A DNA stretch of 64,000 nucleotides from Eledone cirrhosa (lineage: Eukaryota). This document shows positions 41,096 to 52,600 of this stretch, in pieces. The stretch is taken from contig OZ024750.1 of assembly GCA_964016885.1 (NCBI GenBank), positions 38,564,001-38,628,000 of the forward strand, in the 5' to 3' direction. How positions within the stretch are numbered: position 1 is the stretch's first letter; every line of letters starts with the position of its first letter. The position numbers were made by a program, and so were the translations under genes. The notes under the pieces are model-generated. The model worked only from the letters and a program-made list of their open reading frames with translations, searched no databases and was not told the DNA's origin.

Positions 41096-41728
41096 GTATG
41101 TAAAGCTGTTGACTACTTACATAGCCAAAATATTACTCACCGTGATTTAAAGCTTGAAAACCTACTTTTAGATCAAAACTACAACATTAAAATTACTGAT
41201 TTCGGTTTCGTAGCAGGTAATAAAACTTGTGAGTTAAGCCAAACATATTGCGGTACTAAGTCGTATGCTTCGCCGGAGATACTTCGCGGTGAACCATACG
41301 ACCCGCGCAAGGCGGACACATGGGCAATCGGCGTAATACTTTACATAATGGGCACCAGTCGAATGCCGTTCGACGAGAGTAAAGGAATAAAACGCATAAT
41401 AGAAGACCAAAAGCGGCTTAGTTTGTCGTGGGGAAAGACCCATAAGATCAGTCGAGATTGTCGGCACTTGATTAAACGTCTGTTTACATACACCTATAAG
41501 AATCGACCGTCAGTACATGACATTCAATCATATAAGTGGTTTAATCCTGAAATCAACAGAGAGAAACTAACAATAGAGAAAGAATGCTCAGAAATTAAGG
41601 AAGAAACGTTTGAATTTGATGATAACGTCAGCAAAGATGAACCGCAAAACACTGCAGAAGAGATAAGCTCAGTCGTCGTGCAGAAACAAGTGGATTTAAA
41701 AACAAGTACAATAAAAAGACCTGGATAG
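41096..41728 (+). CDS. TSSK-like Ser/Thr kinase, C-lobe and terminal coding exon
   Basis: Branch-like TTACTAA (~41044), poly-T tract and CAG acceptor (41093-41095), phase 0, in frame with the upstream exon. Encodes HRDLKLENLLL, DFG, LSQTYCGTKSYASPE, YDPRKADTWAIGVILY, MPFD, RP, then a low-complexity acidic tail and TAG. Spliced product is about 315 aa counting from 34808. Confidence 0.95.
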   Translation, partial: VCKAVDYLHSQNITHRDLKLENLLLDQNYNIKITDFGFVAGNKTCELSQTYCGTKSYASPEILRGEPYDPRKADTWAIGVILYIMGTSRMPFDESKGIKRIIEDQKRLSLSWGKTHKISRDCRHLIKRLFTYTYKNRPSVHDIQSYKWFNPEINREKLTIEKECSEIKEETFEFDDNVSKDEPQNTAEEISSVVVQKQVDLKTSTIKRPG

Positions 41729-41882
41729 ATATTTGCTAATATATAACAACATGTCACATACGTTATATACTGCACATCATCACAACACTAGGAAATCGTA
41801 TTTAGATTTATCAACAATACATATCTCCTTTTCCAAAACATTTCTTTGAAAAAGCCATCACAACTTTTCTTTTAACTGACTC

Positions 41883-41895
41883 AATAAAAAATAAA
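41883..41895 (+). promoter_or_regulatory. Candidate polyadenylation signal (tandem AATAAA) for the kinase gene
   Basis: AATAAAAAATAAA about 155 nt after the stop codon; the AT-rich context lowers specificity. Confidence 0.55.
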
Positions 41896-41962
41896 AACCA
41901 AATGTAAGATTATATGTATAAATGTATATATATATATATACTTATATATATACCTATATACT

Positions 41963-42006
<44 letters not shown>

Positions 42007-42057
42007 GTTGAAAATGAACGAACAAAACACAGGAGGCAATTGTAGTTATATTAGGTT

Positions 42058-42097
<40 letters not shown>

Positions 42098-42244
42098 CAT
42101 TTACACACACACATACAGATATATGTATATTGTTGATGCATCATTTGATTCATCAACCAATGGAACCACCTCTTTGTGAAATTAATGTGTAATTGGCTCA
42201 GCATTCGAAAGACACTTGTTTCGTTAAAGTGTACTCGGGGGAGA

Positions 42245-42346
42245 TTCAACGTGACACAATCTGTGACAATTCTGGCCCCATTGAATTACAGGTGAGTGGA
42301 CTTGCAATATGAAATAAAGTGTCTGGTTTAAGGACACAACGCGCCG
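42245..42346 (-). mobile_element. Family-2 SINE fragment
   Basis: Reverse complement contains GCGTTGTGTCCTTAAACCAGACACTTTATTTCA...GTCCACTCA...TGTCACA, matching 42629-42880. Confidence 0.6.
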
Positions 42347-42628
42347 CTCTAATATATATATTGTTATTGTTCTTTTGTTGAAGCAAGCCTGTGATCAAAG
42401 GAATTACATCCGTGGCCATCCCAGTTGTCGTTTTGTTTGTTTGTTTGTTTTGTTTTTTCAAAATGTATCTAGGACTCCATTATCCAATGTGTACTTCCAT
42501 CTTTTTAAGATCATAGGGTGTGATTTCAGGGACATTTTGCTTGTATTTCTAGCAAATTTAGCAACCTCATATAAGCGTCTTTCTGAGACCAGTAAGATGT
42601 AACATTGTATTGTTATCTATATCTAAGT

Positions 42629-42880
42629 GAAGGCGCGTGGCTTACTGGTTAGGAGAGGGGTGTCTCAACTCGCGTCTATAAGGTGATGAGTTCGATTCCA
42701 GGTAGTGCATTGTGTCCTTGAGCAAGAGACTTTATTTTACGTTACCCCAGTCCACGCAGCTGCAAAGAATTAGCTGTAGCTGTAATTCCAAAGGCCAGTC
42801 ATGTCACATTCTGTGACCCTCTGAATTTCATTAAAGCTACACGTGTCTGTGGAATGCTCAGCTATTTGTATGTTAATTAA
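42629..42880 (+). mobile_element. tRNA-derived SINE (family 2, CORE-like central motif)
   Basis: A-box TGGCTTACTGG, B-box GAGTTCGATTCC, then TGTGTCCTTGAGCAAGAGACTTTA resembling the CORE-SINE motif TGTGACCTTGGGCAAGTCACTT. Confidence 0.75.
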
Positions 42881-43228
42881 AACACTCATTATCAGAAGGC
42901 AAACAAACCTACACCTATCTGGGATATTGTTATTCAATAAAATATATTTACCAGCTGTTTCGTTGATAAAGGCTGTATCTTAAAGTTAAGGTAAATCGTG
43001 AGATTCATTAGGCTAGAGCAGAGCTTCTTAAATTTTTGAGGCCACCACACCTCTCACGGCCACATAATACCCTCAGATCCCCAACCTGATTTCCAGATTT
43101 GTAAATAATTGTAAAATTGTAAATAATATATAATAAATAAAATCGTTAATTTATATATAATAAATAATATAATATATACCATGTATAAATAAATATATAT
43201 ATATATATTTTTTTACTATATTTATAGA

Positions 43229-43345
43229 GTGAAGGCGCTGAGTGGTTAAAGAATTGGATTCACAATCGTGAGGTTGTGAGTTCGATTCCCAGACCGGGTG
43301 ATGCGTTATGTCCTTGAACAAGACACTTTATTTCATGTTGCTCCT
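43229..43345 (+). mobile_element. Family-2 SINE, 3'-truncated
   Basis: GTGAAGGCGC start shared with the 42629 copy, B-box GAGTTCGATTCC, TGTCCTTGAACAAGACACTTTATTTCA. Confidence 0.75.
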
Positions 43346-43879
43346 TCTACCTGGAGTTGCGACCGATAGATAGTACTAGCAATAGGAAAGACCAATGGAA
43401 ACATGGTTTCCTCGATCGACTGTCAATTTATATATAATATGTATAATTTGATATTCAATATACTATTATATCATCTCTAGCGGCCACTTAGGCTCCAACG
43501 CACTCTGAACATTCTCAAGCACCTACTTTAGGTAGGCTAGTGTTTTAAACAGCTTCACTGGAGTTAAGTGACTTGGACTCCATCATTAGATCTACCAATG
43601 CTGCTGTTCGTAGTCTCCTTGTTTCTGGACAGGAGTATCATGAAAAGACACAACCTACCACTGAGTCTGAGAACTGAACTCACGATTTTAGATTCTAATT
43701 AGCAGGCCTTCATCATTTAGAATCTCCATCTTTGCATTTAACATATTAAATGATGTTTCACTTCATAGGAGAGTTGAATTAATTTTCTCTTATTTTTTTT
43801 TATTTTATCCAGTCACTTTTATATAAATAATTATTTGCCCCGGCTAATTGTAATATCTATACAGAATATAAAAAAGAGA

Positions 43880-43915
43880 TGTTGGTTGGTTGGTTGGTTG
43901 GTTGGTTGGTTGGTT
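43880..43915. repeat. (GTTG)n microsatellite
   Basis: Direct reading. Confidence 0.9.
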
Positions 43916-44180
43916 CCTTCGCTCACTCACATAAGTGATACAAATATATAAACACACAGATGTGACAAATCTTAGAACGCTGCACTTCTATAGTTTCTCA
44001 CACACACCTACTTTCTCAGTGATCACATAGGTGTGTGTATTAGACACCCCTTCCTTCCTCAGTCATCTCCAGTGTGTGATAGACAAATACACAAGGCTAT
44101 TATATGAGTAGATAAATGGAGAATGGAAGAAAAAAAGGAAATAAAATGAAAGAAAAAATTAAACAACGAAAGAAGGGAAA

Positions 44181-45479
44181 GAGTGAGACTCTACACCGCA
44201 GTCTGAGGGAGTGAGGGAGTGACAGACTCTACACCCCAGTCTGAGGGAGTGAGGGAGTGACAGACTCTACACCGCAGTCTGAGGGAGTGAGGGAGTGACA
44301 GACTCTACACCTCAGTCTGAGGGAGGGAGTGACAGACTCTACACCCCAGTCTGAGGGAGGGAGTGACAGACTCTATACCCCTGTCTGAAAGAGGGAGTGA
44401 CAGACTCTACACCCCTGTCTGAGGGAGGGAGGGAGTGACAGACTCTACACCCCTGTCTGAGGGAGTGAGGGAGTGACAGACTCTACACCGCAGTCTGAGG
44501 GAGTGAGGGAGTGACAGACTCTACACCCCTGTCTGAGGGAGGGAGGGAGTGACAGACTCTACACCCCTGTCTGAGGGAGGGAGGGAGTGACAGACTCTAC
44601 ACCCCTGTCTGAGGGAGGGAGTGACAGACTCTACACCCCTGTCTGAGGGAGGGAGGGAGTGACAGACTCTACACCCCAGTCTGAGGGAGGAAGGGAGTAA
44701 CAGACTCTACACCGCAGTCTGAGGGAGTGAGGGAGTGACAGACTCTACACCCCTGTCTGAGGGAGGGAGTGACAGACTCTACACCCCTGTCTGAGGGAGG
44801 GAGTGACAGACTCTACACCCCTGTCTGAGGGAGGGAGGGAGTGACAGACTCTACACCCCAGTCTGAGGGAGGAAGGGAGTAACAGACTCTACACCCCAGT
44901 CTGAGGGGGGAGGGAGTGACAGACTCTACACCCCAGTCTGAGGGAGGGAGTGACAGACTCTACACCCCTGTCTGAGGGAGGGAGTGACAGACTCTACACC
45001 CCAGTCAAAGAGAGGGAGGGAGTGACAGACTCTACACCTCAGTCTGAGGGAGGAAGGGAGTGACAGACTCTACACCCCAGTCTGAGGGAGGGAGTGACAG
45101 ACTCTACACCCCTGTCTGAGGGAGGGAGTGACAGACTCTACACCCCAGTCAAAGAGAGGGAGGGAGTGACAGACTCTACACCTCAGTCTGAGGGAGGGAG
45201 GGAGTGACAGACTCTACACCCCAGTCTGAGGGGGGGGAGGGAGTGACAGACTCTACACCCCAGTCTGAGGGAGGGAGTGACAGACTCTACACCCCAGTCT
45301 GAGGGAGGGAGTGACAGACTCTACACCCCTGTCTGAGGGAGGGAGTGACAGACTCTACACCCCAGTCAAAGAGAGGGAGGGAGTGACAGACTCTACACCT
45401 CAGTCTGAGGGAGGAAGGGAGTGACAGACTCTACACCCCAGTCTGAGGGAGGGAGGGAGTGACTCTACACCCCAGTCTA
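44181..45479. repeat. GC-rich minisatellite, 34-39-bp unit GGGAGTGACAGACTCTACACCCCAGTCTGA(GGGA)n, about 35 copies
   Basis: Tandem units whose length varies with the number of GGGA/GTGA modules. Confidence 0.96.
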
Positions 45480-45689
45480 AGTGGTATATCTCTCAGCTTC
45501 ATCCTATGTAGGTGAAGACATTACCAAGGAGAACAGCCAGTGACACCCACTGCACTAGCCACTCCACCTCACAGGCGGCCATTTTTCCAATTACACTAAA
45601 TATATTACTATTAAAGAACTAACTAAAAACACTTCCACTGATGAAGTCAGAATAATATAAAAAATGTCAGTTCTTTTTCTTTTTCTTCA

Positions 45690-45900
45690 CCCGCTTATTC
45701 CTGAGAGGGTTGTGGGGGAAGACCCATCAAACACTCCCTGCAGTGGGTCCTGGATGTTATCGAACCCTTTTGTTCAGGGTTTACCCCTAGGTCTCTTGCT
45801 GGTTGGTTTTGCCCGTAAAATCTATCCAGTGATTCTTTTCTGAGACATTCTAACCCATGGCCATAGTATCAGAGCTGTGATCCCTCAATTTGGAGAGTTG
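45690..45900 (-). mobile_element. Degenerate RTE-like LINE 3' fragment
   Basis: Reverse complement gives LQIEGSQL*YYGH... and ...KRPRGKP-type remnants; homologous to 39311-39450. Confidence 0.55.
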
Positions 45901-46639
45901 TCTTTCATAATTGCAGAAAGAGGAAAATAATATTAGTCTTTAACTGATGTTTTGTGGGGATTCCATTCACCACATAATTATTTCTACTTAGATTTTTCAT
46001 GCTCCATACATTACAATTCCTCGCTTTCCTCCTCATTTATAATCTTTTGCAATGGTCATTTCCTTTTCTTTGTCTAAATATTAAATTCTTTATATGGGTG
46101 GGGGCAGCACTTCTATCTCCACCCTCACCTTCCTTTCCAAGGGAAACTTGAAGAAGTTGATGAGGGATTGGCTGAAGAGAAAAGTGTCTGTCTTCAGTCC
46201 TTTCAACCTGGTCCACCATAAATAATATTAATATGAGTTTACATAAAAAAAACATTATGACAGTACAGAACGAAAACGTAGTGTGTGTGTGTGTGTGTGT
46301 GTGCAGGTTGGTGTGTGGGTTTTGTGTGTAAACAAATTATAACAATGTTTAAAAAAATAATAACACGAGAAAGAGGCTTGAATGTTGTGAAGTTTTATTG
46401 CCTTTTAATATACAAATATGGGCAGAAATTAATATATAAAGCAAGGATACTTACCCCAGGATATAAACAATGATAGAAATATATTAATGACAGGAACAGC
46501 AATAACAGAGCTTTAAGTGTTTGGATATTGGACAAAATGTGCTTAGTATTGTGGGTATTGTACAAACAGACTCTAGTAGTGTGGGTATTGAACTCATAGT
46601 GTAGGTATTGAACTGACAGATCCTAGTATAGTGGGTAGT

Positions 46640-49600
46640 GGACAGTGTCTAGTAATGTAAGAACAGGACAGTGTCCAGTAATGTAGGTACTGGACAGTGT
46701 CTAGTAATGTAGGTACAGGACAGTGTCTAGTAATGTAGGTAGTCGACAGTGTCTAGTAGTGTAGGTACAGGACAGTGTCTAGTAATGTAGGTACTGGACA
46801 GTGTCTAGTAATGTAGGAACTGGACAGTGTGTAGTAATGTAGGTACAGGACAGTGACTAGTAATGAAGGAACTGGACAGTGTCTAGTAATGTAGGTACAG
46901 GACAGTGTCTAGTAATGTAGGTACTGGACAGTGTCTAGTAATGTAGGTACAGGACAGTGTCTAGTAATGTAGGTACTGGACAGTGTCTAGTAATGTAGGT
47001 ACTTGACAGTGTCTAGTAGTGTAGGTACAGGACAGTGTCTAGTAATGTAGGTACTGGACAGTGTCTAGTAATGTAGGTACTGGACAGTGTCTAGTAATGT
47101 AGGTACAGGACAGTGTCTAGTGTACTGGACAGTGTCTAGTAGTGTAGGTACTGGACAGTGTCTAGTAATGTAGGTACAGGACAGTGTCTAGTAATGTAGG
47201 TACTGGACAGTGTCTAGAATGTAGGTACAGGACAGTGTCTAGTAATGTAGGTACAGGACAGTGTCTAGTAATGTAGGTATTGGACAGTGTCTAGTAATGT
47301 AGGTACAGGACAGTGTCTAGTAATGTAGGTATAGAACAGTGACTAGTAATGTAGGTACTTGACAGTGTCTACTAATGTAGGTACTTGACAGTGACTAGTA
47401 ATGTAGGTACTGGACAGTGTCTAGTAGCGTAGGTACAGGACAGTGTCTAGTAATGTAGGTACTGGACAGTGTCGAGTAATGTAGGTACTGGACAGTGTCT
47501 AATAGTGTAGGTACTGGACAGTGTCTAGTAATGTAGGAACTGGACAGTGTCTAGTAATGTAGGTACTGGACAGTGTCTAGTATGTAGGTACAGGACAGTA
47601 TCTAGTAGAGTAGGTACAGGACAATGTCTAATAATGTAGGTACAGGACAGTGTCTAGTAATGTAGGTACAGGACAGTGTCTAGTAGTGTAGGTACAGGAC
47701 AGTGTCTAGTAGCGTAGGTACAGGACAGTGTCTAGTAATGTAGGTACTGGAGAGTGTCTAGTAATGTAGGTACAGGACAGTGTCTAATAGTGTAGGTACT
47801 GGACAGTGTCTAGTAATGTAAGTACAGGACAGTGTCTAGTAATGTAGGTACAGGACAGTGTCTAATAGTGTAGGTACTGGACGGTGTCTAGTAATGTAAG
47901 TACAGGACAGTGTCTAGTAATGTAGGTACTGGACAGTGTCTAGTAGTGTAGGTACAGGACAGTGTCTAGTAATGTAGGTACAGGACAGTGTCTAGTTATG
48001 TAGGTACTGGACAGTGTCTAGTAATGTAGGTACTGGACACTGTCTAGTAATGTAGGTACCGGACAGTGTCTAGTAATGTAGGTACAGAAGAGTGTCTAGT
48101 AATCTAGGTACTTGACGGTCTCTAGTAATGTAGGTACTGGACAGTGTCGAGTAATGTAGGTACTGGACAGTGTGTAATAGTGTAGGTACAGGACAGTGTC
48201 TAGTAATGTAGGTACTGGACAGTGTCTAGTAATGTAGGTACTGGACAGTGTGTAGTAATGTAGGTACAGGACAGTGACTAGTAATGTAGGTACTGGACAG
48301 TGTCTAGTAATGTAGGTACAGGACAGTGTCTAGTAATGTAGGTACTGGACAGTGTCTAGTAATGTAGGTACAGGACAGTGTCTAGTAATGTAGGTACTGG
48401 ACAGTGTCTAGTAATGTAGGTACTGGACAGTGTCTAGTAATGTAGGTACAGGACAGTGTCTAGTGTACTGGGCAGTGTCTAGTAGTGTAGGTACTGGACA
48501 GTGTCTAGTAATGTAGGTACAGGACAGTGTCTAGTAATATAGGTACTGGACAGTGTCTAGAATGTAGGTACAGGACAGTGTCTAGTAATGTAGGTACAGG
48601 ACAGTGTCTAGTAATGTAGGTACAGGACAGTGTCTAATAGTGTAGGTACTGGACAGTGTCTAGTAATGTAAGTACAGGACAGTGTCTAGTAATGTAGGTA
48701 CAGGACAGTGTCTAATAGTGTAGGTACTGGACGGTGTCTAGTAATGTAAGTACAGGACAGTGTCTAGTAATGTAGGTACTGGACAGTGTCTAGTAGTGTA
48801 GGTACAGGACAGTGTCTAGTAATGTAGGTACAGGACAGTGTCTAGTTATGTAGGTACTGGACAGTGTCTAGTAATGTAGGTACTGGACACTGTCTAGTAA
48901 TGTAGGTACCGGACAGTGTCTAGTAATGTAGGTACAGAAGAGTGTCTAGTAATCTAGGTACTTGACGGTCTCTAGTAATGTAGGTACTGGACAGTGTCGA
49001 GTAATGTAGGTACTGGACAGTGTGTAATAGTGTAGGTACAGGGCAGTGTCTAGTAATGTAGGTACTGGACAGTGTCTAGTAATGTAGGTACTGGACAGTG
49101 TGTAGTAATGTAGGTACAGGACAGTGACTAGTAATGTAGGTACTGGACAGTGTCTAGTAATGTAGGTACAGGACAGTGTCTAGTAATGTAGGTACTGGAC
49201 AGTGTCTAGTAATGTAGGTACAGGACAGTGTCTAGTAATGTAGGTACTGGACAGTGTCTAGTAATGTAGGTACTGGACAGTGTCTAGTAATGTAGGTACA
49301 GGACAGTGTCTAGTGTACTGGGCAGTGTCTAGTAGTGTAGGTACTGGACAGTGTCTAGTAATGTAGGTACAGGACAGTGTCTAGTAATATAGGTACTGGA
49401 CAGTGTCTAGAATGTAGGTACAGGACAGTGTCTAGTAATGTAGGTACAGGACAGTGTCTAGTAATGTAGGTATTGGACAGTGTCTAGTAATGTAGGTACA
49501 GGACAGTGTCTAGTAATGTAGGTATAGAACAGTGACTAGTAATGTAGGTACTTGACAGTGTCTAGTAATGTAGGTACTTGACAGTGACTAGTAATGTAGG

Positions 49601-52600
49601 TACTGGACAGTGTCTAGTAGCGTAGGTACAGGACAGTGTCTAGTAATGTAGGTACTGGACAGTGTCGAGTAATGTAGGTACTGGACAGTGTCTAATAGTG
49701 TAGGTACTGGACAGTGTCTAGTAATGTAGGAACTGGACAGTGTCTAGTAATGTAGGTACAGGACAGTATCTAGTATGTAGGTACAGGACAGTATCTAGTA
49801 GAGTAGGTACAGGACAATGTCTAATAATGTAGGTACAGGACAGTGTTTAGTAATGTAGGTACAGGACAGTGTCTAGTAGTGTAGGTACTGGAGAGTGTCT
49901 AGTAGTGTAGGTACAGGACAATGTCTAGTAATGTAGGTACAGGACAGTGTCTAGTATGTAGGTACAGGACAGTATCTAGTAGAGTAGGTACAGGACAATG
50001 TCTAATAATGTAGGTACAGGACAGTGTCTAGTAATGTAGGTACAGGACAGTGTCTAGTAGTGTAGGTACTGGAGAGTGTCTAGTAGTGTAGGTACAGGAC
50101 AATGTCTAGTAATGTAGGTACAGGACAGTGTCTAGTAGTGTAGGTACAGGACAGTGTCTAGTAGTGTAGGTACAGGACAGTGTCTAGTAGCGTAGGTACA
50201 GGACAGTGTCTAGTAATGTAAGTACTGGAGAGTGTCTAGTAATGTAGGTACAGGACAGTGTCTAATAGTGTAGGTACTGGACAGTGTCTAGTAATGTAAG
50301 TACAGGACAGTGTCTAGTAATGTAGGTACAGGACAGTGTCTAGTAATGTAGGTACTGGAGAGTGTCTAGTAATGTAGGTACAGGACAGTGTCTAATAGTG
50401 TAGGTACTGGACGGTGTCTAGTAATGTAAGTACAGGACAATGCCTAGTAGTGTAGGTACTGGACAGTGTCTAGTAGTGTAGGTACAGGACAGTGTCTAGT
50501 AATGTAGGTACAGGACAGTGTCTAGTAATGTAGGTACCGGACAGTGTCTAGTAATGTAGGTACAGAAGAGTGTCTAGTAATCTAGGTACTTGACAGTCTC
50601 TAGTAATGTAGGTACTGGACAGTGTCGAGTAATGTAGGTACTGGACAGTGTGTAATAGTGTAGGTACTGGACAGTGTCTAGTAATGTAGGAACTGGACAG
50701 TGTCTAGTAGTGTAGGTACTGGACAGTGTCTAGTATGTAGGTACAGGACAGTGTCTAGTAATGTAGGTACAGGACAATGTCTAGTAATGTAGGTACAGGA
50801 CAGTGTCTAGTAATGTAGGTACAGGACAGTGTCTAGTAATGTAGGTACTGGACAGTGTCTAGTAGTGTAGGTACAGGACAGTGACTAGTAATGTAGGTAC
50901 AGGACAGTGTCTAGTAGTGTAGGTACAGGACAGTGACTAGTAATGTAGGTACAGGACAGTGACTAGTAATGTAGATACAGGACAATGTCTAGTAATGTAG
51001 GTACTGGACAGTGTCTAGTAATGTAGGTACAGGACAGTGTCTAGTATGTAGGTACAGGACAGTATCTAGTAGAGTAGGTACAGGACAATGTTTAATAATG
51101 TAGGTACAGGACAGTGTCTAGTAATGTAGGTACAGGACAGTGTCTAGTAGTGTAGGTACTGGAGAGTGTCTAGTAGTGTAGGTACAGGACAATGTCTAGT
51201 AGTGTAGGTACAGGACAGTGTCTAGTAGTGTAGGTACAGGACAGTGTCTAGTAGTGTAGGTACAGGACAGTGTCTAGTAGCGTAGGTACAGGACAGTGTC
51301 TAGTAATGTAGGTACTGGAGAGTGTCTAATAGTGTAGGTACTGGACAGTGTCTAGTAATGTAAGTACAGGACAGTGTCTAGTAATGGAGGTACAGGACAG
51401 TGTCTAGTAATGTAGGTACTGGAGAGTGTCTAGTAATGTAGGTACAGGACAGTGTCTAGTAATGTAGGTACAGGACAGTGTCTAGTAATGTAGGTACAGG
51501 ACAGTGTCTAGTAGTGTAGGTACAGGACAGTGACTAGTAATGTAGGTACAGGACAGTGACTAGTAATGTAGATACAGGACAATGTCTAGTAATGTAGGTA
51601 CTGGACAGTGTCTAGTGTATGTAGGTACTTGACAGTGACTAGTAATGTAGGTACAGGACAGTGACTAGTAATGTAGGTACAGGACAGTGTCTGGTAATGT
51701 AGGTACTGTACAGTGTCTAGTAGCGTAGATACAGGACAATGTCTAGTAATGTAGGTACTGGAGAGTGTCTAGTAATGTAGGTACAGGACAGTGTCTAATA
51801 GTGTAGGTACTGGACGGTGTCTAGTAATGTAGGAACTGGACAGTGTCTAGTAGTGTAGGTACTGGACAGTGTCTAGTATGTAGGTACAGGACAGTGTCTA
51901 GTAGAGTAAGTACAGGACAATGTCTAATAATGTAGGTACAGGACAGTGTCTAGTAATGTAGGTACAGGACAGTGTCTAGTAGTGTAGGTACTGGAGAGTG
52001 TCTAGTAGTGTAGGTACAGGAAAATGTCTAGTAATGTAGGTACAGGACAGTGTCTAGTAGCGTAGGTACAGGACAGTGTCTAGTAGTGTAGATACAGGAC
52101 AGTGTCTAGTAGTGTAGGTACAGGACAGTGTCTAGTAATGTAGGTACAGGACAGTGACTAGTAATGTAGGTACTGGACAGTGTCTAATAATGTAGGTACA
52201 GGACAGTGTCTAGTAATGTAGGTACAGGACAGTGTCTAGTAGTGTAGGTACAGGACAGTGTCTAGTAATGTAGGTACTGGACAGTGTCTAGTAATGTAGG
52301 TACTGGACAGTGTCTAGTAATGTAGGTACAGCACAGTGACTAGTAATGTAGGTACTGGACAGTGTCTAGTAATGTAGGTACAGGACAGTGTCTAGTAATG
52401 TAGGTAGTGGACAGTGTCTAGTAATGTAGGTACAGGACAGTGTCTAGTAGTGTAGGTACTTGACAGTGTCTAGTAGCGTAGGTACAAGACAGTGTCTAGT
52501 AATGTAGGTACTCTACAGTGACTAGTAATGTAGGTACAGGACAGTGGCTAGTAATGTAGGTACTTGACAGTGACTAGTAATGTAGGTACTTGACAGTGTC

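Noticed and set aside
41234-41775. Antisense ORFs over the kinase exon
   Set aside because: Short shadow ORFs of the + strand CDS with no recognisable motifs.
42629-42705. Possible tRNA genes at A/B-box sites (also 43229, 37262, 39780)
   Set aside because: No cloverleaf or acceptor stem; the boxes continue into shared SINE bodies.
44181-45479. CRISPR-like appearance (palindromic ~30-bp repeats); also considered for the other arrays
   Set aside because: No unique spacers, no cas genes, and a eukaryotic intron/SINE context.
45636-45660. CTGATGA hammerhead core-like heptamer
   Set aside because: No downstream helix II/GAAA/UH arrangement.
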